The notes under the pieces were generated by a model. The model did not search any database. It was given only the letters and a program-made list of their open reading frames with translations, and had not been told where the DNA came from. From NCBI GenBank assembly GCA_038231135.1, contig JBBRLX010000010.1:1-64000 (forward strand): a DNA stretch of 64,000 nucleotides, written 5' to 3'. Position 1 is the first letter of the stretch. Every line of letters begins with the position of its first letter. The stretch is from Candidatus Eiseniibacteriota bacterium. GTDB taxonomy: Bacteria; Eisenbacteria; RBG-16-71-46. Below, piece after piece: positions 48,344 to 58,517 of the stretch. Both the position numbers and the translations under genes were made by a program.

Positions 48344-49639
48344 TCATTCGGTGAACGGCCCGTCGCCGAGACGTCCCTTCGACTCCTCCGACAGGCCCAC
48401 CGGCGCTTCGTCCGGCGGCCGGTGGCGCCGGAACATCAGATAGAAGTACGTCGTCGCGACGCCATACAGGCCGGCCGTCACGTAGAACGGCACCGCATAC
48501 CCGAATTGCTGGATCATCCAGCCGCTGAGGGTCGCGGACGACGCCCAGCCGGTGTTCCACACCAGGTTGTTGAGGCTGGTCGACCGCGCGCGCCGCGCCG
48601 CCGGCAGCATCTCCATTACGTACGCCTGCAGCAGCGGGCTCGACGCCTGCATCAGCGTGGCGCGCACGCAGAACGCCGCGACCGCCACGCCGAGCTGCTT
48701 CTCGGCGCCGAGCGTGACGAGGAACGGCAGCGACAGGAACTGCATCGCGGTCGCGGTGCCGAGCTTGCCGAACCGGCGCGCCAGCACCGGCGCGAGCATC
48801 GCGGCCGTCGCGGTGATGAGCTGGGCCAGCGCGAAGAACGATCCGATCTGGGCGCTCGAGCACTGGAACCGGGTCGCGAAGTACAGGTTCATGAACGGGA
48901 TCACGAGGCCGGCCCCGGCGCCGATCAGGAAGAAGTTCACGGCGATCGCCGCCAGCAGCCGGGTGTCACCACGGTCCCCCGGGGCGGCCATGGGCAGCGG
49001 CGCCGCGGCGCGCGGCTCGACGATCCGCGCGATCGGCAGCGCCGCCGTCGCGGCCAGTGCGGCGCCTGCGAACAGGGTGTAGCGGTAGGCGTGCAGCAGG
49101 TCGTGGGCGAGCGCCGCCGGCAGGTGGGTCAGCAGCTTGGGCAGCGCGCCCCCGAGGCTGCTGCCCACCACGGCGGCGATCAACTCGACCGCGAAGAAGC
49201 TGCTGAACAGATGGGTGCGCTCGCGCGCGGTGGAATGCTCGGACAGGAACGGCGCCGACGCGATCGCGAGCAGCGCCGTGCCCGCGCCGGTGGCAAAGCA
49301 CGCGACGCCGATCACCGCGGCCGACGGCGCGGCGGCGCGGACCACCATGCTCACGCCCTCGATGCAGGCGCCCGCCACCAGCGTGCGCCGCTTGCCACAG
49401 CGCTCGGCGAGGATGCCGGCGGGCAGCGCCATGATCGCGAGGCCGGCGCCGTTGAGCGACACCGCCTGCCCGACGAACGCCTCACGGTATCCGGCCTGGA
49501 CGAGATACAGGTTGAACAGCACCTGCGCCACGCCATGGCCGCCCCACGTGAACAGCGTCGACAGCAGGAACTGCTTCGCCGGGCGCGAGAACGCCCGCAC
49601 GGCGTCACGGTATTCGATCCATGCGGCTCGCAGCGGCAT
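48344..49639 (-). CDS. MFS transporter
   Basis: About 12 TMs; G.LAERCGKRR and PVLARRFGK motif-A-like loops. Confidence 0.88.
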   Translation of the reverse strand: MPLRAAWIEYRDAVRAFSRPAKQFLLSTLFTWGGHGVAQVLFNLYLVQAGYREAFVGQAVSLNGAGLAIMALPAGILAERCGKRRTLVAGACIEGVSMVVRAAAPSAAVIGVACFATGAGTALLAIASAPFLSEHSTARERTHLFSSFFAVELIAAVVGSSLGGALPKLLTHLPAALAHDLLHAYRYTLFAGAALAATAALPIARIVEPRAAAPLPMAAPGDRGDTRLLAAIAVNFFLIGAGAGLVIPFMNLYFATRFQCSSAQIGSFFALAQLITATAAMLAPVLARRFGKLGTATAMQFLSLPFLVTLGAEKQLGVAVAAFCVRATLMQASSPLLQAYVMEMLPAARRARSTSLNNLVWNTGWASSATLSGWMIQQFGYAVPFYVTAGLYGVATTYFYLMFRRHRPPDEAPVGLSEESKGRLGDGPFTE

Positions 49640-49729
49640 GCGTCCTCACTCGTCGATGGGGAAAGTCGTCCACCACTGCCCGCACCCGATGGATAGTGGA
49701 CCGGGATCACGGGCGGCGGGCGTGTGGGC

Positions 49730-51325
49730 CTACCGCGACGCCGGATCAACCCGGTGTTCGCGCCGCGGCACCCACACGTACTCCGGGCGCGTACGCATGC
49801 CCGTCACGGGCCAGAACACCGTGGAGTCAGGAAACGCGTGGAGCGCGGGATCGTACGCCATCCGGATCGTGGTGCCGAGCCAGCTACGCGTGCTGAGCAC
49901 GACGATCGAATACGAGGTGTCCAGCACCGACTGCTCGAACTCGCGCCGCAGCCTGCGCTCAGTCTCGCCGGTCGCGGTCTCGAGCACGCCGATGAGTGCC
50001 ATCTCGTGAAAGTGATCCGGCTTGCCGGCCATGCGCACGAGATAGGGGTGCGAGGGAATCAATACGCGTCCCGGGATGGTCCGGAGCCGCTCCACGAACC
50101 GGTCGCCGGCGTCGCGGTCGGCGGCGGTCGGGATCTGGGCCCACGGGTCGTACACGAGCGCGACGAACTGGAGCGTGATCGCCACATACAGGGCCGTCGC
50201 GATCCGGCCCGGCATCCGCGTCCCGGCGTCCTGAATCCACAGCAGGCTCGCGTGGATTCCGAGGCCGGACAGGATCGCGACGGTGGCGTACGCCGGAATC
50301 AGCACGTTGTCGTATCCACCCGGGTACGAGCGGTGGAACCAGGAACTCAGCGACGCCCCCGCAAACATCGCCGCATAGAAGCCCCGGCCGGACGCTCGCG
50401 GCGGGGCGGGCGTGGATGTCGCGGTCGTGCGCGCGGCGGGCGCGGCCTCACTCCGGCCGGGCCGCGCGAAGTAGGCGGCGGCGATCGCGAGCGCCAGACC
50501 CAGCGGCAGCAGCATGTCCCGCGGCCAGAACGCGGCGAGCCGGCCGGGATCCATCGCGCGCTTGAGCGGGGCCGCGAACAGGAAGTAGCGGTACCAGCCC
50601 TGGTGGATCCGGTCGAGCACGAGCGTGACGCCGCCGATCCCGGCCGCCAGGGTCGCCACGAGCACGCCGCAGCGCGCGCGCGCGGTCCATGCGAGGTGGA
50701 GCACGACGGGGAACACGACCATCACCGCCGATTGCTTGGCGAGAAATGCCAGCGAGAACAGGATGCCCGCCAGCAACGGCGACCGTGTGCGCGAGCCGTC
50801 GAGCCGCAGCGCCGTGAACGCCGCGAGCAGCAGCAGCAGATAGAGCGAGTCGGCGCGAGCCACGTCGAACCAGGCGCCGCCGATCCGGTAGGACGCCGCC
50901 ATAAATCCGACCGCGAGCGCCACGGGCAACGCGCGCCGGGTCTCGCGCCACACGAGCGTTCCCGCCAGCGCGAACGCTCCCAGCGAGGCGATGAACGACG
51001 TAAGCCTCAGCGGGAAGAAGCCGCTGCCGACCAGCTTCGACGCCAGCGCCGTGACCCAGGGATAGAGCGGGGGGTAGTTGAATGCGACGTAGTCGAGCGT
51101 CGGCCGCGCGTAGAGCGGCAGGCCGTCCAGCACGCGCATCGTGGCCTGCAGGGATCCACCCTCGATCCACTCGAGCTCGAACGGGTAGCTCATCCGTGTG
51201 ACGGCGATCGCCAGGTAGCTGAGCACGTACAGGGCCGCCACCGTGACCAGCACTGCGGGCCACAGGCGTTGCGCCGGCACGGAACGCGGAGGGGAGGGCG
51301 AGGATCGCGGATTCGGGCGGGGCAT
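49730..51325 (-). CDS. Putative GT-C glycosyltransferase (ArnT/PMT_2-like)
   Basis: YPFELEWIEG, NYPPLY, R.DS, AFLAKQ; many TMs. Exact start uncertain. Confidence 0.68.
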   Translation of the reverse strand: MPRPNPRSSPSPPRSVPAQRLWPAVLVTVAALYVLSYLAIAVTRMSYPFELEWIEGGSLQATMRVLDGLPLYARPTLDYVAFNYPPLYPWVTALASKLVGSGFFPLRLTSFIASLGAFALAGTLVWRETRRALPVALAVGFMAASYRIGGAWFDVARADSLYLLLLLAAFTALRLDGSRTRSPLLAGILFSLAFLAKQSAVMVVFPVVLHLAWTARARCGVLVATLAAGIGGVTLVLDRIHQGWYRYFLFAAPLKRAMDPGRLAAFWPRDMLLPLGLALAIAAAYFARPGRSEAAPAARTTATSTPAPPRASGRGFYAAMFAGASLSSWFHRSYPGGYDNVLIPAYATVAILSGLGIHASLLWIQDAGTRMPGRIATALYVAITLQFVALVYDPWAQIPTAADRDAGDRFVERLRTIPGRVLIPSHPYLVRMAGKPDHFHEMALIGVLETATGETERRLRREFEQSVLDTSYSIVVLSTRSWLGTTIRMAYDPALHAFPDSTVFWPVTGMRTRPEYVWVPRREHRVDPASR

Positions 51326-51457
51326 CGACTATACTTTCGGCGAAGAAATCACGACCCGCAAGGCGGCCGCCGCCGTGCCGTGTGGGTGCGCCCGTCGCAC
51401 CACGAGCCAATGGGGGATCGATCCATTGCTTGACGACTCCGCGACCGCCCGGATGCC

Positions 51458-53116
51458 GTGCCGGTGAGCGGGCGCCGGCGGTCCGCGCCGCCCGCCGCGC
51501 GCGCCGGAGCGTCTCCGCAGCCGGCATCTCCGGCGCGGCTCACGCCTGCCATGATGGCCGCGCTCGCGCTCGCGGCCGGCGTGTGGATCGGGTTCCGGGT
51601 GTACACGGGTGTGGTGCTGGAGGACGCGCTCATCACCTACCGGCACGCCGAGAATCTCGCGCTCGGCCGCGGCTTCGGATTCAATCCGGGGGAGCCGGTA
51701 TTCGGGACCACCTCGCCGCTCCTGACGCTGGCGCTCGCACTGTTCGCGAAGCTGTTCGGCGTCGCGAACATCCCCATGATTTCGAACGTGCTCGCGATCG
51801 CCGCGGCGCTGGGGACGGGAGCGATCCTCGCGCGGCTGCTCGTCCGCACCGGGGCATCGAATCGGTTTGCCACGGGGGTGCTGCTGCTGGTGAGCCTGCA
51901 GCCCGACATCGTCTGGAGCACCGTGGGCGGGCTCGAGACCCCGATCGTCATTTTCCTCATGGCGCTCGGCCTCGACGCCGCGATGCGCGAGCGCTGGAAT
52001 CGCGTCGCGGTCGCGTCGGGCCTGCTCGTGCTCACGCGCGTGGACGGCGCGGTTTGGACGCTGCTGCTGCTCGCCGTCGCCACCCTCCGGCTGCGCGCGA
52101 AGGTCTGGCGACCCCTCGCCGCCGGGCTCGTCGTGATCGCTCCGTGGCTCGTATACGCGTGGCACACGTTCGGCAGCGTCGTGCCCCACAGCATGGTGGC
52201 GAAACAGGTCATCGGCCTGGGGCCGGGGAGCGTCAAGTATCTGCCGTGGATGATGAACTCGCTCGGCGTGACGTTCATCGGCGACCTCACCCCGTTCGAA
52301 TTCCCGATCTGGCTGTTGTTCGTCGTCGCCGGCGCCGCGGCGATCCTCGTCACGCGCGCGCAGCGCGCGTGGGCGCCGGTGGTGCTGTTCCCGGTGGTGT
52401 TCGGTGTGGCCCTGTGGCTCGGCCGGGCGCCGGCGTTCGAGTGGTATACCGTGCCCCTGACCTGGTGCTGCCTCGTTGTGGCTGCGTTCGGATCGCTCGA
52501 ATTCCGCGGCATGCTCGCGGCGTATTCGGAGCGCAGGGGCTGGCCGGCCGCCGTGGCCCGCACGGGCTTCACGGTGGCCTGGGTCATTGTGGCAATCGGG
52601 CTGGGTGCGCGCCTGGTCGACGCCTTCGAGGAGCACCGGATCGATCAGGAGAACGAGGATGGGACGCGCCGGCGCGTGGGGGAATGGCTACGCGATCACT
52701 CGACCCCGGGCGCCACGGTCGCGATGGAGGCGATCGGCTACGAAGGCACGTATTCGCGGCGCCGCGTCGTGGACCTGGCGGGAATCGTCAGCCCGGAGGT
52801 GGTGCGGCTTCACCGCGAGAGCCGGTCGAACGCCCAGACGCTCGAGCGCGTGCTCGACACGTTCCGGCCCGACTTCCTGGTGCTGCGTTCCTACGAGTTC
52901 GAGCTGAACCGCCATCATCACGGGGGGCCGCTGTTCGAAACGGCCGCCGCTCGCGAGCAATTCATCGCGCACTACCGAAACGTGCTGTCGGTGACGGCTC
53001 CGTACCCCGAAGCGTGGGGCGACAACGCGCGTATTTCCGTGTTCATGCGGGTGGGCTCGCCGTTCGTGATCGCGCCCGATTCCGTCCGGGCTGGAACACG
53101 AACGGCGGCCCCGTAG
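51458..53116 (+). CDS. Putative GT-C glycosyltransferase (AftB-like motif)
   Basis: EDALITYRHAENL..G.G..FNPGE.V.GTTSPL, GLET, LTR.DG, FG..VP.S..AK, D..G...P. Exact start uncertain. Confidence 0.68.
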   Translation: MPVSGRRRSAPPAARAGASPQPASPARLTPAMMAALALAAGVWIGFRVYTGVVLEDALITYRHAENLALGRGFGFNPGEPVFGTTSPLLTLALALFAKLFGVANIPMISNVLAIAAALGTGAILARLLVRTGASNRFATGVLLLVSLQPDIVWSTVGGLETPIVIFLMALGLDAAMRERWNRVAVASGLLVLTRVDGAVWTLLLLAVATLRLRAKVWRPLAAGLVVIAPWLVYAWHTFGSVVPHSMVAKQVIGLGPGSVKYLPWMMNSLGVTFIGDLTPFEFPIWLLFVVAGAAAILVTRAQRAWAPVVLFPVVFGVALWLGRAPAFEWYTVPLTWCCLVVAAFGSLEFRGMLAAYSERRGWPAAVARTGFTVAWVIVAIGLGARLVDAFEEHRIDQENEDGTRRRVGEWLRDHSTPGATVAMEAIGYEGTYSRRRVVDLAGIVSPEVVRLHRESRSNAQTLERVLDTFRPDFLVLRSYEFELNRHHHGGPLFETAAAREQFIAHYRNVLSVTAPYPEAWGDNARISVFMRVGSPFVIAPDSVRAGTRTAAP

Positions 53117-53157
53117 GGAGCCGCCGTTCGCGAACTGTTACCGGGATTGCCGGCCGA

Positions 53158-53766
53158 TCAGGTCAGGGTATCGACGGCGACCCCGTTTCCGTTATGAGCG
53201 GTTCCTTGGAGCACCCGGACACTGGGCTCGAGGCTGGCCGGCGTGGACGCAATCAGCACGCGCGCCGGCGACGTTCCGCAATTGTCGAGCGTGTGAGGCG
53301 CGCGCCCGTCGTAGTGGCACGAGTCGCCTGTTTCGAGGACGACCGTATGCCCACCCGTGCTGAACCGCACCTGCCCGGCCACGCACACGATGCAGACCTC
53401 GCCCTGATGATAGGGCTGATCCCCGGTGGTCGTGGAGCCCATGGGCAGATCGGCCATGAGCATCTCGAGGTTGCGCTTGGGCTGAGCGGAGAGGATCTCG
53501 ACCGATGAGCCATTGTTGCCGAAATGGAAGCGCGGTCGATCCCGCTCCCTTACGACGTGGGGCTTGTGGTCGTCTTCCACCACGAGAAACGCGATGGAGG
53601 TCTCGAGTGCCCGAGCCAGGTCTCTCAGCGTGGCAAGTGAGGGAGACGTGCGATCATTTTCGACCTGGCTAATAAAGCCCTTCGAAAGACCGCTGGCTTC
53701 GGCGAGCTGCTGAACTGTGAGACCACGGCGGAACCGCAAGTCCCGTATTCTCTTACCGAGTTGCAT
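53158..53766 (-). CDS. XRE-family HTH regulator with cupin domain (PuuR-like)
   Basis: LGKRIRDLR..LAEASGLSKGFISQVEN..TSPSL; cupin H.G...GDS..Y....PH; GGAGG RBS. Confidence 0.9.
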   Translation of the reverse strand: MQLGKRIRDLRFRRGLTVQQLAEASGLSKGFISQVENDRTSPSLATLRDLARALETSIAFLVVEDDHKPHVVRERDRPRFHFGNNGSSVEILSAQPKRNLEMLMADLPMGSTTTGDQPYHQGEVCIVCVAGQVRFSTGGHTVVLETGDSCHYDGRAPHTLDNCGTSPARVLIASTPASLEPSVRVLQGTAHNGNGVAVDTLT

Positions 53767-53800
53767 TAGCCTACCTCCGTAGGGGTATGGAGGATTGATG

Positions 53801-53838
53801 TGTTCAATAATGCTAAAGGAGGTTCATCCCCGGGTCAA
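53801..53838 (-). promoter_or_regulatory. Sigma70 promoter with overlapping imperfect palindrome (probable autorepression site)
   Basis: Minus strand reads TTGACC-N17-TAGCAT; the overlapping CTTTAGCATTATTGAACA resembles TGTTCA-N6-TGAACA-type sites. Confidence 0.55.
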
Positions 53839-55661
53839 GAACTTGCATTGATGGTGGCGTTTTGCCCTACGGAATCACGGCCCGAACCGCTGTCCCCGGC
53901 CTGGCCCAGGTACTGGAGCTCGTACAGCCGGGAGTAAATCCCCCCCAGCCGGAGCAGCTCGCCGTGGGTGCCGGTTTCCCGCACCCGGCCGTGGTGGAGA
54001 ACCACGATCCGGTCGACATGCTGGATCGTGGACAGCCGGTGGGCGATCACGATGCTGGTCCGGCCCTCCATCAGGCGCCTAAGGGCGTCCTGGATCAGGA
54101 GTTCGGTGTGGGTATCCACCGAGGACGTGGCCTCGTCGAGGATCAGGAGCCCGGGGTTGCGCGCCAGCGCCCGGGCGAACGCCAGCAGCTGGCGCTGGCC
54201 GGCCGACAGCGTCGCGCCGCGCTCGAGCACGACGGTCCGGGAGCCCTCCGGCAGCTCGGCGATGAACTCGTGGGCGTGCACCTCGCGGGCCGCGGTTTCG
54301 AGCACCTCGTCGGTCAGCGACGGATCGCCGAGGCTGAGGTTGCTCGTAATCGTGCCCGAGAACAGGAACACGTCCTGCAACGCGACGCCGATGTGGTTGC
54401 GCAGCTCGTGGACGTCCCAGTCGGCGAGCGGGCGGCCGTCCACCCGGATCTCCCCGCGCTGTGGCGCGTAGAACCGCAGCAGCAGGCTGATGAGCGTGGT
54501 TTTGCCGGAGCCGGTGGCGCCCACGATCGCCACCTTCTCGCCGGGCGCGACCGAGAACGACACGTCCTCGAGCACCCAGTGCTCACCCTCGTACGCGAAC
54601 CACACGTGGTCGAACTCGACCCTGCCCTCGAACGCCGACTCGGCCTCCCGGCTCCCGCCGAGCGCGGTGTCGGCCGGCGTGTCGAGCAGCGCGAAGATCC
54701 GCTCGGCCGACGCCATCGCCTGCTGCAGGATGCCGTACTTCTCGCTGAGGTCCGAGATCGGCCGGAAGAACCGCTGCGTGTACTGGATGAACGCGACCAG
54801 GATGCCGAGCGTGATGCCTTCCCACATCACCTGGCGGCCGCCGTACCAGACGATCAGCGACAGCGCCACCGCGCCGATCAGCTCCATCACCGGGAAGAAC
54901 ACCGCGTTGTAGAACACGGTATCGAGGTTCGCGTCGCGGTGGCCGGCGTTGATGCCGCGGAACTCCTCGTGGTTGCGCCGCTCGCGATTCAGCAGCTGCA
55001 CGGTGCTCATGCCGCCGAGGTTCTCGTTGAGGAACGAGTTGAGCCGGGCGAGCCGCGTGCGGATGTCGCGGAACGACCGGCGCATCTTCACGCGGAACAC
55101 CAGCGTCACGATCACGATCAGCGGCAGCACCGAGAACGCGACCGCCAGCAGCTCGAAGTTCAGCTTGGCCATCGCCACGATCACGCCGACCAGCGCGAAC
55201 ACGTCCCCGAACACCCCCACCACACCGGACGCGAACAGCTCGTTCAGCACGTCCACGTCGTTCGTGACGCGCGTCATCACGCGGCCGACAGGGTTCCTGT
55301 CGAACCACGCGAGCGGCAGCCGCTGCAGGTGGGTGAACAACTGCAGCCGCAGGTCCAGCATGATCCGCTGCCCGACGCGCTGCATGATCTGGTATTGCAG
55401 GTAGCCGAGCCCGAAGCCGACGAGCAGCACCGACACGTACACCATCGCCATCTGGTTCAGGAACGGCAGGTTCCGATTGCGGATGCCGTGGTCGATCGCC
55501 TGCTTCGTGAGGTACGGACCGGCGAGCCCGACCAGCGCGTCGACGATCACGATCACGATCGCGGCGATGACCTCGCCGCGGTACGGGCGCAGGTAGCCGA
55601 GCAGCCGCTGCATCAGGCGGTGGTCGTAGGCCTTGCCGTGCAGCTCCTCGTCGTGGCTCAC
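53835..55661 (-). CDS. ABC exporter, fused permease/ATPase (MdlB/YheH-like)
   Basis: TMD plus GATGSGKTT, LSAGQRQ, LDEATSSVD, IAHRLST. Confidence 0.92.
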   Translation of the reverse strand: MSHDEELHGKAYDHRLMQRLLGYLRPYRGEVIAAIVIVIVDALVGLAGPYLTKQAIDHGIRNRNLPFLNQMAMVYVSVLLVGFGLGYLQYQIMQRVGQRIMLDLRLQLFTHLQRLPLAWFDRNPVGRVMTRVTNDVDVLNELFASGVVGVFGDVFALVGVIVAMAKLNFELLAVAFSVLPLIVIVTLVFRVKMRRSFRDIRTRLARLNSFLNENLGGMSTVQLLNRERRNHEEFRGINAGHRDANLDTVFYNAVFFPVMELIGAVALSLIVWYGGRQVMWEGITLGILVAFIQYTQRFFRPISDLSEKYGILQQAMASAERIFALLDTPADTALGGSREAESAFEGRVEFDHVWFAYEGEHWVLEDVSFSVAPGEKVAIVGATGSGKTTLISLLLRFYAPQRGEIRVDGRPLADWDVHELRNHIGVALQDVFLFSGTITSNLSLGDPSLTDEVLETAAREVHAHEFIAELPEGSRTVVLERGATLSAGQRQLLAFARALARNPGLLILDEATSSVDTHTELLIQDALRRLMEGRTSIVIAHRLSTIQHVDRIVVLHHGRVRETGTHGELLRLGGIYSRLYELQYLGQAGDSGSGRDSVGQNATINASS

Positions 55662-57406
55662 GGGACCTCGAGCTCCTGTTCGAGCTGCTGCTCGCGCGCG
55701 AGGCGCGCATAACGGCCGCGGGCGGCCACCAGCGCGTCGTGGGTGCCGCGCTCGACGATCCGGCCGCCGTCGAGCACCAGGATCTGGTCGGCGTCCCGCA
55801 CCGCGCTCACCCGGTGCGACACGATCAGCGTGGTGCGTTCGCGCATCACGCCGCGCAGGCCGTGGAGGATCGCGTCCTCGGTCTGGGTGTCGACCGACGA
55901 CAGGCAGTCGTCGAGCAGCAATACCGGCGCGTCGCGCAGCACCGCGCGCGCGATCGTCACGCGCTGTTTCTGGCCGCCCGACAGCGTGATGCCGCGCTCG
56001 CCCACCAGCGTGTCGAACCCCGCGGGCAGCGTGCGCGCGTCACCTTCGAAGTGCGCGATGCGAGCGGCGCCCAGGATGGCGTCTGCCGGCGCGTGCTCGA
56101 CCCCGTAGCCGATGTTCTCGCCAACCGTGGCCGAGAACAGGAACGCGTCCTGCGGCACGTAGCCGATGTGCCCGCGCAGCCATTGAAGATCCAGCGTCCG
56201 CACATCACGGCCGTCGAGGAACACGGTGCCCGGCGGCGGGTCGAACAGCCGCGGCACCAGCGCGAGCACCGTGGACTTACCCGCGCCCGTGCCGCCGACG
56301 ATCGCCACCGTCGTGCCCGCGGGGACCTCGAAGCTCACGTCACGGAGCACGTCGCGGTCGGCGCCCGGATAGCGGAACGTCAGCCGCCGGAACTCGAGCG
56401 CGCCGGCGCAGCGCGCCGGGCTCACGCTGCCCGGTTCCGACACGATGCGCGGCGCCTCGTCGAGCAACTCCACCAGGCGCGCGAACGACGCCGCGCCGCG
56501 CTGGAACAGGTTCACCACCCAGCCCAGCGCGACCACCGGCCAGTTCAGCATGCCCAGGTACACCGTGAACGCCACGAACGCCCCGAGCGTGATGTGCCCG
56601 GCCATGACCTCGCGGCCGCCGAGATAGAGCGCGAGCAGCGCCGCCACGCCGGACAGGAACGCGAGCGCGGGATAGAACGCTCCGGACACCCGGATCAGGT
56701 CGAGGTTGCGCCGCGCGTAGTCCTCGTTGAGCACGCGGAACTGGTCGATCTCGTGATCCTCGCGCGCGAACGCCCGCACCACGCGGATGCCGGCGAGGTT
56801 CTCCTGCACGCGGGCGGAGATGCCGGCGAACCGCGCCTGGATGTCCTCGAACCGCCGGTGGATCGTGTCGCCGAAGTACCACACGGTGAGCGTGACGAGC
56901 GGCAGCGGCAGCAGCGACAGCGCCGTGAGCCGCGGGCTGATCGCGATCATGAATCCGAGCGAGATCACGGCGACGACGACCGTGTTCACGAGGTACATCA
57001 GGCCGGGGCCGACCATCATGCGCACCGCCGACAGGTCGTTCGTGGCGCGGGACATGATCTCGCCGGTGCGCGCGTGCTGGAAGTGCTCGAGCGGCAGCTT
57101 CTGCAGGTGCCCGAACAGGTCGTTGCGCAGGTCGTACTCGATGTGGCGCGACACGCCGACCACCTCGCGCCGCATCAGGAACTTGAACAGCCCCGAAACC
57201 AGCGCGATCCCGAACAGCAGCAGCGCCGAACGGCCGAGCTTGGCGGCGGTCACCCCGTGGTACAGGTCGTCGACCGCCACGCGCAGCACCTGCGGCTGGC
57301 TCAGCGCGACGATGTTCGTCACGACGATCGCGGCGAGACCCCACGCGAGCCGCCGGCGATGCCTCGCCAGGTAGGGGAACAGGCGGGTGCGGAACAAACC
57401 AGGCAC
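55658..57406 (-). CDS. ABC exporter, fused permease/ATPase (MdlA/YheI-like, degenerate Walker B)
   Basis: TMD plus GGTGAGKST, LSGGQKQR, LDDCLSSVD; GTGA coupling to its partner. Confidence 0.92.
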   Translation of the reverse strand: MPGLFRTRLFPYLARHRRRLAWGLAAIVVTNIVALSQPQVLRVAVDDLYHGVTAAKLGRSALLLFGIALVSGLFKFLMRREVVGVSRHIEYDLRNDLFGHLQKLPLEHFQHARTGEIMSRATNDLSAVRMMVGPGLMYLVNTVVVAVISLGFMIAISPRLTALSLLPLPLVTLTVWYFGDTIHRRFEDIQARFAGISARVQENLAGIRVVRAFAREDHEIDQFRVLNEDYARRNLDLIRVSGAFYPALAFLSGVAALLALYLGGREVMAGHITLGAFVAFTVYLGMLNWPVVALGWVVNLFQRGAASFARLVELLDEAPRIVSEPGSVSPARCAGALEFRRLTFRYPGADRDVLRDVSFEVPAGTTVAIVGGTGAGKSTVLALVPRLFDPPPGTVFLDGRDVRTLDLQWLRGHIGYVPQDAFLFSATVGENIGYGVEHAPADAILGAARIAHFEGDARTLPAGFDTLVGERGITLSGGQKQRVTIARAVLRDAPVLLLDDCLSSVDTQTEDAILHGLRGVMRERTTLIVSHRVSAVRDADQILVLDGGRIVERGTHDALVAARGRYARLAREQQLEQELEVP

Positions 57407-57497
57407 GTAATCTCCGGTGTGCCTGCGGCCCCCGACCTGGGGGCTCGCGGGTCCGATCCACGCCGTCGACGCCGCGTGGGGCCGCGGCGCCCCTGAG

Positions 57498-58358
57498 CTA
57501 CTTCGAGTTGCCGAAGAAGCCCTGCAGCCGGCCCAGCGTGGTTTTCTTGGCAGCGACGCCGATGTAGTACCGATCGAAGTGCAGGACGTTCTTGCCGGAC
57601 GCGGTGTGCTGCGAGCCGGCGAACACATCGAGCCCATCGTCCACGCGATAAAGAATCTGCGGCCCGATCAGGTGTTCCGTCCCGGGGGTCAGCGTGTCGT
57701 GCGACTCGAACCGGCCGCGGTAGTCGCCCGCGAGCAGCACGTGGCGGCTCACCCACCAGCCGAAGTCGGCGGTGGCCAGCGCTTCGTCCGCCTCGGCGGC
57801 CTTCGAGTTGTAGGAATCGAGCCGCCGCAGGTACCCGCCGCCGAGCTGCAGGAACGCGTGGATGGGCCTGAGCTCCATTCCCAGCTCGAGCATGCCGATC
57901 GCATCCTGCCGACCATCCCCCACGGCCGGGGTCAGACGCCGGTTGTAGCCCATCGGCGTACGGATATCGGCGCTCAGCGCGAGCGCAGTGGCCCCGCCGA
58001 TCAGCCGGTACTTGAGACCGACCTCGAGATCCGACAGCGAGGTCGCGGTCGAGCCCACCGACGGCGCGAACGCCCGGCTCACGTTCACGAACGGGAGGTC
58101 GGCGCGGAAGCTGAGCCGCTTCTTCCAGCCGAGTTCCGTCGCCCACCGCAGTTCGCGCCGGTCGTAGGACCCGCCGGCCGCGAACGGCGGGCGTTCGCCG
58201 TCGGCGTCGAAGAACGACTTCGAGGTCCCGTAGCTGCCGTCCACGCGGGTGAAGAATTCGCCGGGCGCGAGCGCCCAGGGCGAGGCCCCGGCCGCGCCGG
58301 CGATCGGCATCAGGAACGCAACCAGCCACCACGATCCTGCGACGCGACGTGCTCTCAT
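57498..58358 (-). CDS. Secreted, probable outer-membrane beta-barrel protein
   Basis: Signal peptide, alternating amphipathic strands, SDLEVGLKYRL, P.GY....GDG pattern. Confidence 0.55.
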   Translation of the reverse strand: MRARRVAGSWWLVAFLMPIAGAAGASPWALAPGEFFTRVDGSYGTSKSFFDADGERPPFAAGGSYDRRELRWATELGWKKRLSFRADLPFVNVSRAFAPSVGSTATSLSDLEVGLKYRLIGGATALALSADIRTPMGYNRRLTPAVGDGRQDAIGMLELGMELRPIHAFLQLGGGYLRRLDSYNSKAAEADEALATADFGWWVSRHVLLAGDYRGRFESHDTLTPGTEHLIGPQILYRVDDGLDVFAGSQHTASGKNVLHFDRYYIGVAAKKTTLGRLQGFFGNSK

Positions 58359-58517
58359 GTGTGGTTCGCAACCTCCGCCGCGGCGGGCCGCGGACTCTCG
58401 AGGATCCCGGTGCAAGGTCAAGTGAACGCCGGAGATTAGACGCGGGGGGCGACGGGAAGCAAGGCACGCGACGCCGTGGGTTTCGTCCGGCGCGGAGTCG
58501 TCGCTAGACTGCGCGGC

